Positions 26,433 through 38,734 of a stretch of DNA of 64,000 bases are shown one piece after another. The DNA comes from Narcine bancroftii. Taxonomy: Eukaryota. A program made the position numbers and the translations under genes. The notes beneath the pieces are model-generated. The model ran no database searches, had not been told where the DNA came from, and saw nothing but the letters and a program-made list of their open reading frames with translations. Position 1 is the first letter of the stretch. Each line of letters begins with the position of its first letter. The stretch spans positions 207,080,001 through 207,144,000 of the forward strand of contig NC_091473.1 in assembly GCF_036971445.1 (NCBI RefSeq). The letters run 5' to 3'.

Positions 26433-26840
26433 GTAAGTGTTGAATAAGACTTTCAATTTTGCACCTCTTAATTCTAAATGCTAGATTTTAGCGAATGGCA
26501 TGAGATGTTACACCCGTCGACTAAATTGGAGAACAGAGCTTCTTACTTAAAACGCAATCTCCGTAAAATTAAGATAATATGAATTGTCCCCACTTTCAGA
26601 ATTGGTCTCAATATAGTTTTTTCTAGTCCTCAACCGTCTGTTGCGCACGTTAAACACAACTATTGACAAATATTAATACAGATGAAAGAAAGAATGATGT
26701 ATTTTACAGAGGATGAAATACACATGGGATTGAGAGATACAGGACATAAATATAAAAAATCAGTGTTTGTCTGTATGATTACCTTACAAAGCCAACATTA
26801 GATTGCCAAGGAATAGATTGCAAGAGGGTTAAGCACTGAC

Positions 26841-26901
26841 TAAATTATAGAAGCAGAATGTTTAATATTTTGAAATGGAACCAGACTGACTGTAAAACCC
26901 A
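26841..26901 (+). pseudogene. TRAJ: J-alpha pseudogene, cassette 1 type B (..LIF*NGTRLTVKP)
   Basis: Heptamer cactgac; in-frame tga; donor ctaaga. Confidence 0.85.
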
Positions 26902-27182
26902 CTAAGAGCAAACATTCCCAAGTTCATTGGTTTTCATCAGATATTGCATGAGTGGAACTCCGTGCTTATATTCCGAGGAAGTACATGATTGTGGGAAGCA
27001 ATCAATGTTGACATTTAAATAAATAATGTGTACAAGGTGAATATAAACTATGCTCACAATATATCAAACAAAATCACTCAATAGATGGTAGCATTGTTTT
27101 ATTTTTTTAATATATATGTAATTACAATGATGCAGAGGGTGCGGCCACTAGGCGAGTTCTTGTGAGGGGATCATTTGCAGTG

Positions 27183-27245
27183 TGAACGCTGCCGGGACCA
27201 ACAAATTAGTGCTTGGAAGCGGCACCAGATTTATTGTTAATCCTG
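27183..27245 (+). CDS. TRAJ: Non-canonical J-alpha ORF, cassette 1 type C (NAAGTNKLVLGSGTRFIVNP)
   Basis: RSS agttcttgt-12-tgcagtg; LGSG; gtaagt. Confidence 0.85.
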
Positions 27246-27943
27246 GTAAGTTATTGAAAGTTCAAACGAATTTTTTAAGAAATGTCTAAATTCTTATCAA
27301 CGTGCAATGCTGTGGGTAATGGACGTTACAGGTTTTCTGCTACATTTTCAATAGCATTCGTCCTACTGAGAAGTAAAAATAGCTGAAATCTCCCGGAAAT
27401 TATTCAACAATCAATTCCATGGTGAAGCTTTTAATTAATTAATTAATTCTTCCCAATGAACGTTTGTGAATGGTGGCAGATTTGAAAGAGGTCTGAGGGG
27501 CATATTTTTTACGCAAATGATGTTTGAACACTGAAATCTACTACCTGTGGGTTGACCGCAGCATAGAGTCCATCCGCATTCACAACATAAATTGGCAAAG
27601 CCCAACAATTCATAATTTTACTCATTTATTTTCCAAACATCCTATGTTTGGACGGTGGAGGTAATTTACAGACTCCAATCTTTTACCGGGGGTAGGGGAG
27701 TAATCTACCTGGTAAGGCAGTAGGAGCTGCTTTCCCAGAACATTATAGCCTGTGCTAGCAATTTAATCGTCAAAACAGAGAAGGCTGTGGACTAAGTCGT
27801 GGAAATTGTATTACGTAGATAGGTATCCTATGGGAAGCAGGACGGTGGTGGGCCTCAGGGGCCACACGAGTCCGTGATGAAATAACACATGTTGAACTTG
27901 GTGCCAGGTAAGAGTGTTTCTGGACTACTAATGCAATACCATG

Positions 27944-27999
27944 TGAATAACATCGATCCACTAGTATTTGGAACGGAACCAAATTACAGGTGGAACCTC
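27944..27999 (+). pseudogene. TRAJ: J-alpha pseudogene, cassette 1 type D (NNIDPLVFG, frameshift, GTKLQVEP)
   Basis: Heptamer taccatg, 13-bp spacer; 1-nt deletion inside FGTG. Confidence 0.85.
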
Positions 28000-28575
28000 G
28001 TAAGTCTGATTTATTATGTATTTTTGTATAGTACATCTCCAAATGCGGTTCTATCTTTCTCTTTCGGGTTGCTATCATTAAGACCTAATTTTAGACATTC
28101 AGACGAATTGGGTGCAAGAAGGAAATCCCGTAAAGTTTGTTCAGATGGAAAGTGAGGGAGGTGGCAAAACAAGGTATCGGAAGGTGCTTGTATTCAAACC
28201 AGTACATAAATGTGTTGAAGAAACTCAGTATCCATAAAACGCAACAAGGTTTCTTTTGAAGAAAGAATTTTGAGGACGGGTTCAGGCCTGAAAAGTCGAC
28301 TTCATTTTGCTCTCTATGGATACTGCACGACCAAATAACTTTGTCCAGCACTCATGTGTACCGCAAGGGAGGAATGGTCAGTTTGAGCATATCTGACAGC
28401 TTGAGATCCGAGGGGTAATCAAATAAATGAGAGACTGCAGACATCAGGCGATTAGCATTATTAGCATCATTCACTTGAGGATTTTTCTCACATTGCCACT
28501 GAAATTCGCCAAAGACCTGCCCGCATCTCCTACCCAATTCTGAGAAATCTTCCTAGACCTGAAACGTTAACTCGT

Positions 28576-28950
28576 TGGTTTTCAAACTGCCTCCCCCCAA
28601 ACTCAAATTCCTCCTTCAGCTATCCCTGTCCCATGAGTGCTCTGTTATTGATAAGGTATGGCTTAAGGTGGTATGTGGGTGGAAAGAAAGGGGTTTGAAA
28701 ACCACTGTTTTAATCATACCTAATTGACTTGTAATGTGCACGGTTTCACAACACCAAAGGAAATGAGCCAGTAACAATTTTTCTCAAGCAAAACTATTTC
28801 ATTAATAATTGGGTCTAGAGCAGTGGTTCTCAGCCTTTATTTCACACTCACATCCCGCCTTAAGTAATCTCTTACCAATCACTGAGCACTTACTTCATAG
28901 GGATTGATTAAGATGGAATATGAGTTTAGGGGGCAGATTGAAAACCACTG
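28576..28950. mobile_element. hAT MITE inside the cassette (paralogues about 33115-33452 and 37668-38040)
   Basis: Same two fold-back-unit structure ending ttgaaaaccactg. Confidence 0.7.
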
Positions 28951-29282
28951 CGTTTCTGATTCTATCTCCACACATGTTGTCCGGACTGAGTGTTTCTAGA
29001 ATACTGTTTTTCAGTAGAAATGTTTGCATGTTGAGAAGGATGTGAAGTTTGAGGGAGAGCGGAAGGGAGATATGTCTCCCCACAAGATGGGATGGGCCAC
29101 TTCTTCACCACGGATTTTTCACTGTAATCTATTCGCCCAATATCCCCAACAATTCCCAATCCTTCCTTGAGTGGGGAACGTTTACAGTGGAAGACTGACC
29201 TAGAAACCCACACATTCTTGAGATGTGATAGATGCTGGGAGCACCCGGAGAACTTATGTGACAGAGGAGGTAAATAATAGAG

Positions 29283-29627
29283 CAGTGTTTCCCAACCTTT
29301 TTCTTTCCACTCACATACCGCTTTAAGTATTCCCTATGCTATAAGTACTTTGTGATTAGTAAGTGATTACTTAGGATGGTTATATGGGTGGAAAGGAACA
29401 GTTTGAAAACCACTGCTTTAATCGTACATTTGACTCGTTATGTGCACGGTTTCATAACTCCAAAGGAAATGGACCAATGACTATTTTTATCAATCAAAAT
29501 ATTTCAATTACAAGTGAATCTAGATCAATGATTCTCAAACTTCCCTCACTTAAAAAATCCCTTACTAATCACAAAGCACTTATGGCATAGGGTTTACTCG
29601 AAGTGGCATGTAAGTGGATGGAAAAGG
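29283..29627. mobile_element. Hybrid hAT MITE at the cassette 1/2 junction
   Basis: Left flank taatagag, right flank gtctaagg (non-matching TSDs). Confidence 0.75.
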
Positions 29628-30929
29628 GTCTAAGGTATGCTCATCAGTTGTACCCCTGTGCGTTGCTCTGTAAAAAGCCTCAATTAGATCATATTTATAC
29701 CTCGATCCAGGCTAAAGATGAGTCTGGAAAAATTGGATTTATGGACATCAAAATGCACTTTTTGCGGATGCATAGCAGGTCGTTGTCAATAATGCCAAAT
29801 TGTAAAGATTAATAGCAAATAAGGGGATGGTTTGTGACCTCTCTGGAGACTTCGACGCAAGGTGTAACATGATGGTAAAATTGCTCAAACTTAAAGAAGC
29901 GATCAAAACCCCTAGTTATTAAAATAAGGTGGCAAATAGTAATTATCTCCGAAGTTTATTTACCAAGTACAGGACTCAGAGGAAGTCTCCCTGTCCAGAG
30001 ATTGGTTTGTAGAATTAACACATTTCGACATTAAATACTTTTGTTAGACGTTTACAGAATCGTTGATGATGATGTTATTGCAGGAAAGAGAAAGATAGAA
30101 ATCAGGTGAAAGTCGCAGGGAAGCTGGAGTAGGAATGAATGGGGGACACTGGTAGTGTGAGGTCCAAGACATAATTAAACTGCTGGAAACGCTCTGACAT
30201 CCGGCGCATGGCACCATCTTCATTTCTCCTGTGCATCCCTCCCAAACCACCCCTGAAACTTGCATTTTATCTTTCCGTCTTTGGAATAAATTTCAATTTG
30301 AGATGTTAACCGATTTTCTCTGACCAGCTGGGTGTTTCCAGAATTCTGTTTTTTTCCTTGTGATTTGTTTATGTTAGGAAAGATGTGAGATTCCAGAGAG
30401 GAAACAAAGGGGATTTGTTCCCTTATGATATAGAAGGAGCAGCCAGATTCACCACCTGATATAATCTGTAACTCATAGCACCAGCAACTCCATCTCCCAC
30501 CTTCACTGGCAACAGTTTACAGTCAACAACTAACCTCGCAACCCGCACATCATTCGGATGTGGACTCACATATGATCCCACATGACTTTGAGTGGACTAT
30601 GCGAGTACGTGACTCCCAACATAAAAAGTAGTGGGATTTTTTTTCACCCTTGCTTTTCACTGGGAATCAAAGTTACAGGAATAACTCTTAGACAAATCAC
30701 AATGAAATAGAAACGTGGTCAATGATTACATTCGAAGCGCATACATAAATAATATTCCTATTGTTTGGGTTAGTCTTTGAGCTGGGGTCAAGGGAAAATT
30801 ATTGAATCTAGATAGTAAAATGAGAAAAGATTGAAGAAATATTTAGATTCAATTGGCATTGTGGTTCAGAACCAAATGTGGCCATTGTTAAATCCAAGAA
30901 GTGTATTTGTAAGGGAGTCGATCACTGTG

Positions 30930-30992
30930 TGAATTCTGGAGCCAATTGGAGATTAATATTTGGAACCGGGACTCGACTGATTATCCAACCAA
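30930..30992 (+). CDS. TRAJ: TCR alpha J segment, cassette 2 type A (NSGANWRLIFGTGTRLIIQP)
   Basis: RSS tgtatttgt-12-cactgtg; FGTG; gtaagt. Confidence 0.95.
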
Positions 30993-31385
30993 GTAAGTGT
31001 TAGGAAAGTCTTTAAATTTTGCTGCTCTTAATTCTAAATGCTAGATTTTGGCGAATGCCATGGGATGTTATTCCAATCGACTAAATTGGAGAACAGAGCT
31101 TCTTACTTAACACGCAATTTCCATGTAATTCAGATAATAGGACTTCTCCCCACTTTCACAATTGGTCTCAAGTTTTTCTATTCCTAAACCACCTGTTCCA
31201 TGGGTTAAACAAACCTATAGACAAACATAAATACAGATGAAAGAAATATTAATGTGTTATACAGAAAATGAAATGCACGTGAGATTGAGAGATGCATGAC
31301 ATAAATATGATAATGGGTATGATTACCTCCCAAACCCAACCTTAGATTGCCAGGGAATAGCTTGAAAGGGGGGTTGAGCACTGAA

Positions 31386-31448
31386 TAAATTTTATAAAAG
31401 CAGAATATTTAATATTTGGAAATGTAACCAAACTGTCTGCAGAACACA
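31386..31448 (+). pseudogene. TRAJ: J-alpha pseudogene, cassette 2 type B (..LIFGNVTKLSAEH)
   Basis: Heptamer cactgaa (GTG lost); FGNV. Confidence 0.8.
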
Positions 31449-31742
31449 GTAAATGCAGATGTTCCCAAATTCATTGGTTTTCATTGGATATTGCAAGAGT
31501 GTGTGAAAGAGTGGAACTCCGTGCTTTTATTCCTAGGAAGTACATGATTGTGGGAAGCAGTCAACATTGAAATTTGAATAAATAATGTGTACAAGCTGAA
31601 CATAAACTAGTCTCTCAATTTATCAAACAAAATCACTCAATGAATGGTAGCATTGATTCATTTTTAAAAAATCATATGTAATTACAAAAATGCAGAGGGT
31701 GCAAACACTAGACGAGTTCTTGTGAGGGGATCATTTGCTGTG

Positions 31743-31805
31743 TGAATGCTGGTGGGACTGGCAAATTAGTATTTGGAAGTGGAAGCAGACTTCTTGTTAA
31801 TCCAG
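31743..31805 (+). CDS. TRAJ: TCR alpha J segment, cassette 2 type C (NAGGTGKLVFGSGSRLLVNP)
   Basis: RSS agttcttgt-12-tgctgtg; FGSG; gtaagt. Confidence 0.95.
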
Positions 31806-32524
31806 GTAAGTTATTGAAGTTTCAAACAAAGTTTTCAAGCAAATGCTAAATTCTTATCAACGTGACATGCTGTGGGTAATGGACGTTACAGGTTTTCCGC
31901 TGCATTTTCAGTAGCATTGGTCCTACTCAGAAGTGAAAACAACTGAAGTCTCGCGGATCTGATTCACCAATCAATTCTATGGTGAACCTTTAAATGAAAT
32001 AATTTGCTCTTCATAACATATTTATGTGAATCGTGACAGATTTAACAGATATCTGAGGGGAGTCTCTTTTACGCAAATGATGTTTGGCCCCTGAAACATA
32101 CCTCCTGTGGGTTAATCGTGACAGAGATTCTATCCTCATTCACAACATGAATTGGCAAACCCCCACAACTCATATCTTCACTCATCCTACAGAAGTGCCA
32201 TTTATTTTCCAAACATCCTATAGCTACACGCTAGAGGCAATTTACGGACTCTTTTACGTAGGGTGTAGGGGTTGGGGGTAATCTACCTGGTAAAGCGGTA
32301 TAAGCTGCTTTCCCAGAACATATATAACATGCCTTGGCTAGCATTTCAATCGTCAAGGCAGAGAAGGCTATGGACTCAGTGTTGAAAATTGTATTATGTA
32401 GATAGTTATCCTATGAGGAGCAGGACGGTGTTGGGCCTGAGTGACCACATGTGTCTGTGATACAGTAACGCAGGTGCATTTGGGGCCAGTTAAGGGGGTT
32501 TCTGCACTACTATGCAATACTGTG

Positions 32525-32581
32525 TGAATAGCATTGATGCCCTAGTATTTGGAACTGGAACCAAATTACGGTTGGAACCTC
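32525..32581 (+). CDS. TRAJ: TCR alpha J segment, cassette 2 type D (NSIDALVFGTGTKLRLEP)
   Basis: RSS ggtttctgc-12-tactgtg; FGTG; gtaagt. Confidence 0.93.
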
Positions 32582-33776
32582 GTAAGTCCGATTAATTATG
32601 TATTTTTCAATAGCACATCCTTAAATGATGTTCCATCTTTCTCTATCGGGTCGTTATCATTAAAGCCTAATTATAGACATTCGGACGAAATGGTGTCAAG
32701 AAAGAAATCCCGGTACAATTACTGAGATAGAAAGGGAGGGAGGGTGGATAAACAAGATGTCTGAAGGTGCTCGGTATCCAGAGAACGCAAAAGGTTTTCC
32801 TTTTGAAGGAATTCTGAGGACGAGTTCAGGCTTGAAACGCCGATTTCCTTTTGCTTTCTCTGGATGCTGCGCGACCCGATGGGTTTCCCTAGCATGTATG
32901 TGTACGACAAGGGAGGAGAGGTCAGTTTGAGCATATCTGGAAGCATGAGATCCAAGAGGTAATCAAATAAATGATGGAACGCAGACGTCTGGCGAATAGT
33001 ATCATCTTCTCATTCACCTGAGGTTTCCTCTCACATTGCCACTGAAACTCGTCAACACCTGACCCATTCTCCTACCTAATTCTGATAAGTCTTCCTAGAC
33101 CTGAAACGTTAACTCCCTCCAAACTCACATTCCACTTTAAGCAATCCCTGTATCATAAGTGCTATGTGATTAATAAGGGATTGCTTAAGGTGGTATGTGG
33201 GTGGAAAGAAAGGGGTTTGAAAACCACTGTTTTAATCATACCCAATTTACTCCTTGTGTGCACGATTTCATAACTCCAAAGGAAATGAACGAGTAACAAT
33301 TTTTCTCAAGCAAAAATATTTCATTAACAATTGGGCCAAGACAAGTGGTTCTCAACCTTTTGTTCACACTCACACAACACCAAAGGTAATCACTTACTTA
33401 CGTCATAGGGATTGCTTAAAGTGGAATGTGAGTTTAAGGGAGAGTTTGACAACTATCTCCACACATGTTGTCCGGACTGCTGACTGCTTCCAGAATACTG
33501 TTTATAAGTAGAAATGTTTGTAGGTTGAGAAGGATGTGAAGTTTGAGGGAGAGCGGAAGGGAGATATGTCTCCCCACAAGATGAGATGGGCCACTTCTTC
33601 ACCACGGATTTTTCACTGTAATCTATTCGCCCAATATCCCCAACAATTCCCAATCCTTCCTTGAGTGGGGAACGTTTACAGTGGAAGACTGACCTAGAAA
33701 CCCACACATTCTTGAGATGTGATAGATGCTGGGAGCACCCGGAGAACTTATGTGACAGAGGAGGTAAATAATAGAG

Positions 33777-34135
33777 CAGTGTTTCCCAACCTTTTTCTTT
33801 CCACTCACATACCGCTTTAAGTATTCCCTATGCTATAAGTACTTTGTGATTAGTAAGTGATTACTTAGGATAGTTATATGGGTGGAAAGGAACAGTTTGA
33901 AAACCACTGCTTTAATCGTACAATTGACTCGTTATGTGCACGGTTTTATAACTCCAAAGGAAATGGACCAATGACAATTTTTATCAATCAAACTATTTCA
34001 ATTACAATTGGATCAAGAGCAGTGATTCTCAAACTTTCCTTACTTTAGCAATCCATTACTAAACACAAAGCACTTATCGCAGATGGTTTACTTAAAGTGG
34101 CATGAGAATGAATACAAAAAGTTTCAGAACCACTG
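33777..34135. mobile_element. Hybrid hAT MITE at the cassette 2/3 junction
   Basis: Left flank taatagag, right flank gtcgaacg. Confidence 0.75.
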
Positions 34136-35539
34136 GTCGAACGCATGCTCATCAGTTTTGTACCCCTGTGCGTTGCTCTGTAATTAGCCTCAATTAGATC
34201 ATGTTTAGACCTCGATCCAGGCAAAAGATGAGTGTGGAAAAATTGGATTTATGGACATCAAAATACACTTTTGCAAATACATAGCAGGTCATTGACATTA
34301 ATACCAAATTATAAAGATTAACACCGATTAAGGGGATGGTTTGTGACCTCTCTGGAGACTTCGATACAAGATTTGAAATGATGGCAAAATTACCCAAACT
34401 TAAAGACTCGTTCAAAACCCTTAGATATTAAAATAAGGTGGTAAATAGTCATTAACTCCGCGGATAATTTACCCAGTACAAGATTCAGAGGAAGCCTCCC
34501 TACCCAGAGATTGGTTTGTAGAATTTATACTTTTCGACATTAAATACTTTTGTTAGACGTTTACAGAATTGTTGATGATGATGTTATTGCAGGAAAGAGA
34601 AAGGGAGAAATTAGGGGAAAGTCGAAGGGAAGATCGAGTATGAATGACTGGTCACACTGGTAGTGCGAGATCCAAAACATGATCATAAAATTCTGGTACC
34701 TTTCTGACATCCGGCGCATGGCGCCATCTTCTTTCCTCCTGCGCATCTCTCCCACACCACCCCTGAAATTCGCAGGAAACCTGTATTTTTTATTTCCTTC
34801 TTTGGAATAAATTTCAATATGAGGTCTTAACCGATTTTCTCTGGCCAGCTGGGTGTTTCCACAGTTCTGTTTTTCCGTGGGATTTATTTATAAGTTAGGA
34901 AAGATGTGAGGTTCCAGAGTGGGCACTAAAGGGAATTATTGCCTTATGACACAGAAGAGGGTCTGTCAGCTACCGACACTCCACCCGCTTCTGGATTCAC
35001 CCAATGATATGATCTATAACTCATTCTTCGCATATCACCAGCAACACCATCTCCTGCCTTCACTGGCAACAGTTTACAATCACCAATTAACCTCGCGTTC
35101 ACACATCATTCAGATGAGGGAAGCGACGAGAACACCCATAGGAGCCCATATGACATTGGGGGAAATAAACAAATATGTGACGGCCAACAAAAAATGGAGA
35201 TTATTTGTTCACCCATGAATTTACCTGGGAATCAAAGTTACAGGAAGAATTCTTTGACGAACATAATCACATAGAAAAGTGTTCAATGATTACCTCTGCA
35301 GCAATTAAATAAATAATCTTTCTGTTGTTTCTTTTTTTTAAAGAAGGAATGTTGTTTGACAATTAAGTGCCAGAATTGGTCAGAATTTGAGATGGGGTCA
35401 AGGGAAAACGATTGAAATATAGAGAATAAAATGAAAAATGTTAGAAGAAAATTTAGATTTAATTGGCATTGCGGTTCAGAGCCAAATGTGGCCATTGTTA
35501 AATCTGAGAGGTCTATTTGTAAGGGTGTCGGGCACTGTG

Positions 35540-35602
35540 TGAATTCTGGATCCAATTGGGAATTCATATTTGGAACCGGGACTCGACTAATTATCCAATC
35601 AA
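35540..35602 (+). CDS. TRAJ: TCR alpha J segment, cassette 3 type A (NSGSNWEFIFGTGTRLIIQS)
   Basis: RSS tctatttgt-12-cactgtg; FGTG; gtaagt. Confidence 0.93.
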
Positions 35603-36006
35603 GTAAGTGTTGTAAAAGACTTTCAATTTTGCAGCTCATAATTCTAAATGCTAGTATTTAGCGAATGGCATGACATGTTCTGCCTGTTTACTAAATAGGA
35701 GAACAGAACATCTTACTTAACACGCAATCTCCGTAAAATTCATATAATGGGAATTGTCCCCACTTTCACATTGGTCTCAATTTTTTTTCTAGTGCTGAAC
35801 CATCTGTTGCGCAAGTTCAACAAAGTGATAGACCAACATAAATACAGTTGAAAGAAAGATTAATGTATTATACAGAGGATGGAATGCACATGAGATTGAG
35901 AAACATATTACATAAATTTGAAAAATTAGTTTCTGTCTGTATGATAACTTCACAAAGCCAACGTTAAATTGCTGGGGAGTAGATTACAAGAGGTTTGCAC
36001 ACTGAA

Positions 36007-36055
36007 TAAATTATAGAAGCATATGGAAATGGAACCAGACTGACTGCAGAACCCA
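36007..36055 (+). pseudogene. TRAJ: J-alpha pseudogene, cassette 3 type B (..YGNGTRLTAEP)
   Basis: Heptamer cactgaa; internal deletion removes LIF. Confidence 0.8.
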
Positions 36056-36348
36056 GTAAGTGCGGACGTTCCCAAATACGATGGTTTTCATCGGATATTG
36101 CAAGAATATGTGAAGGAGTGTAACTCTGTGCCTATATTTCGAGGACGTACATGATTGTGGGAAGCACTCATCATTGTCATTTGAATGAATAATGTCTACA
36201 AGGTGAACATAAACTATTCTCACAATTTATCAAACAATATCACTCAATGGATGGTAGTATTGCTTTCATTTTAAAATAAATACATAATTACAAAAATGCA
36301 GAGGGTTTGGACATTAAACGAGTTCTTTTGAGGGGACCATTTGCTTTG

Positions 36349-36410
36349 TGAATGATGGAAGTATCAGTAAATTAGTCTTTGGAAACGGCACTAACTTATT
36401 GTTAGTCCTG
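36349..36410 (+). pseudogene. TRAJ: J-alpha pseudogene, cassette 3 type C (NDGSISKLVFGNGTN, frameshift)
   Basis: Heptamer tgctttg; 1-nt deletion after FGNG puts the donor out of phase. Confidence 0.85.
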
Positions 36411-37019
36411 GTAATTTGTTGAAAGTTCAAACGAAGTTTTAAAGCAAATACTAAATTCTTAGCATCGTGGGTAATGGACGTAATTAAGTCTCCCAGAACT
36501 GATTCACCAATCAAATCCATGGTGAACTGTTAAATAAAATAATTCACTCTTCATAACGAACATATGTGAATGGTGACGGATTTAGAAGAGATCTGATAGG
36601 TATCTCTTTTACCCTAATTATGTCCATCCGCATTCAAAACATGAATTGCCAATTCATAATTTCACTCATCCTACAGAAGTCCCATTTATTTTCCAAACAT
36701 TTTATTTTCTACGACTCAGCTAAAAACTAGAGGTATTAACGGACTTGTTTAACCCGGAGGGGAGAGGTTTTAATCCACCTGGTAAGGCGATGGGAGCTGA
36801 TTCATCAAAACATTTACCAAGTGCCTTGGATAACACTTGAATCGCCAAGGCTGAGAAAGCTATGGACTCAGAGCTGGAAATTGTATTACCGTAGATAGGA
36901 ATACCGATGGGAAGCAGGACGGTGTTGGGCTTGAGGGACCATACGACTCCGCGATGCAATAACACATGTTGAATTTGGGGCCAGGTAAGGGGGTTTCTGC
37001 ACTACTATGCAATACTGTG

Positions 37020-37076
37020 TGAATAACCTTGATACGTTAGTATTTGGAACTGGAACCAAATTGCAGGTGAAACCTC
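37020..37076 (+). CDS. TRAJ: TCR alpha J segment, cassette 3 type D (NNLDTLVFGTGTKLQVKP)
   Basis: RSS ggtttctgc-12-tactgtg; FGTG; gtaagt. Confidence 0.93.
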
Positions 37077-38377
37077 GTAAGTCCGATTTATATATATCTT
37101 TCTATAGTACATATCTAAAGTTGTTCTATCTTTCGCTATCGAGTTGCTAGCATTAAAGCCTAAATTTAGAAATTCGGACGAATTGGGAGAAAGAGAGAAA
37201 TCCCGTTAGAGTTGCTGAGAGGTAAAGTGAGGGAGCTAAAGTGGCTAAACAAGATGTCTGAAGGTGCTGGTATCCAGTCCAGTACATAATCGTGTTAAGG
37301 AAACTCAGCAGGTCATTCAATATCCAGAGAACGGAGAAGGCTTTCCTTTTGATGAAGGATTTTGAAGAAGGGCTCAGGTCTGAAACGTCGCCTTCCTTTT
37401 GCTTTCTATGGTTGCCGCGATACCCAATGGGTTTCCCTAGCACTTATGTGTATGACAAGGGAGTAAAGGTCAGTTTGAGCGTATCTGGCAGCATGCGAAC
37501 TGAGAGGTAATCAAATAAATGATGGAACGCAGACGTCTGGCGAATAGCATCATCTTCTCATTCACCTGAGGATTCTTCTCACATTGCCACTGAAACTCGC
37601 CGAATACCTGACCTATTCTCCTATCTAATTCTGAGAGGTCTTCCTAGACCTGAAACGTTAACTCCGAGGTTTTCAAACTGCCTCCCCCAAACTCAAATTC
37701 CACCTGAAGCAATCCCTGTGCTATAAGTGCTCTGTGATTAATAAGGGATTGCTTAAGGTTGTATGAGAGTGGAAGGAAAAGGGTTCGAAAAACACTGTTT
37801 TAATCATACCTAATTGACTTCTTGTGTGCACGGTTTCATAACTCCAAAAGAAATGAGTCAGTAACAATTTTTATCAAGCAAAAATATTTCATTAACAATT
37901 GGGCGAAGACAAGTGGTTCTCAACCTTTTGTTCACACTCACACATCACCTTACGTAATCCCTCACCAATCACAGAGCACTTGTGTCGTAGGGATTGATTA
38001 AGGTGGAATGTGAGTTTAGGGGGCAGTTTGAAAACCATTGAGTTAACTGATTCTATCTTCATACATTTTGTCCGGCCTGCTGATTGTTTCCAGAATACTG
38101 TTTTTCAGTGGAAATATTTGCAGGTTGAGAAGGATGTGAAGATTTGAGGGAGAGCGGGAGGGAGATATCTCTCCCCACAAGATGGAATGGGTCATCTCTT
38201 CACCACGAATTTTCTCAATATAATCCATTTTCCCAATATCCCCAACATTCCAAATCCTGCCTTTAGTGGAGAACGTTTACAGTGGCAAACTGACCCAGTG
38301 GCCCTCACATCCATGAGATGTTATAGATGCTGGGAGCACCCGGTGAACCCATGTGACAGAGGGGGTGAATAATAGAG

Positions 38378-38734
38378 CAGTGGCTTTTATCCTTTTTCTT
38401 CCTACTCACAAACCACTTTAAGTATTCCCTATGCCATAGGGACTTTAAGATTTGTAAAGGATTGGTTAAGGATGGTTGTGTGGGTGGAAAGAAAAAGGTT
38501 GAAAGCCACTATTTTAATCGTACTTAATTGACTCGTTATGTGCATGGTTTCATAACTCCAAAGGAAATAGCCCAATGACAATTTTTATCAAGCAAAATAT
38601 TTCAGTAACAATTGGGTCCAGAGCAGTGATTCTCAACCTTTTGACTCACATATCACCTTAATCACAGAGCACCGATGGCATAGGGATTACTTAAAATGGT
38701 ATGTGAGTGGAAAGAAAAAGGTTGAGATCCACTG
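38378..38734. mobile_element. Complete ~357-bp hAT MITE with perfect 8-bp TSD
   Basis: TAATAGAG at 38370-38377 and 38735-38742; cagtgg...ccactg termini. Confidence 0.85.

Larger units (their letters stand above)
24979..38734 (+). repeat. Three tandem copies of a ~4.5-4.6 kb four-J cassette (units start 24979, 29628, 34136)
   Basis: Collinear paralogous sequence; type A J at 26370, 30930, 35540; type C at 27183, 31743, 36349; type D at 27944, 32525, 37020. Confidence 0.95.
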
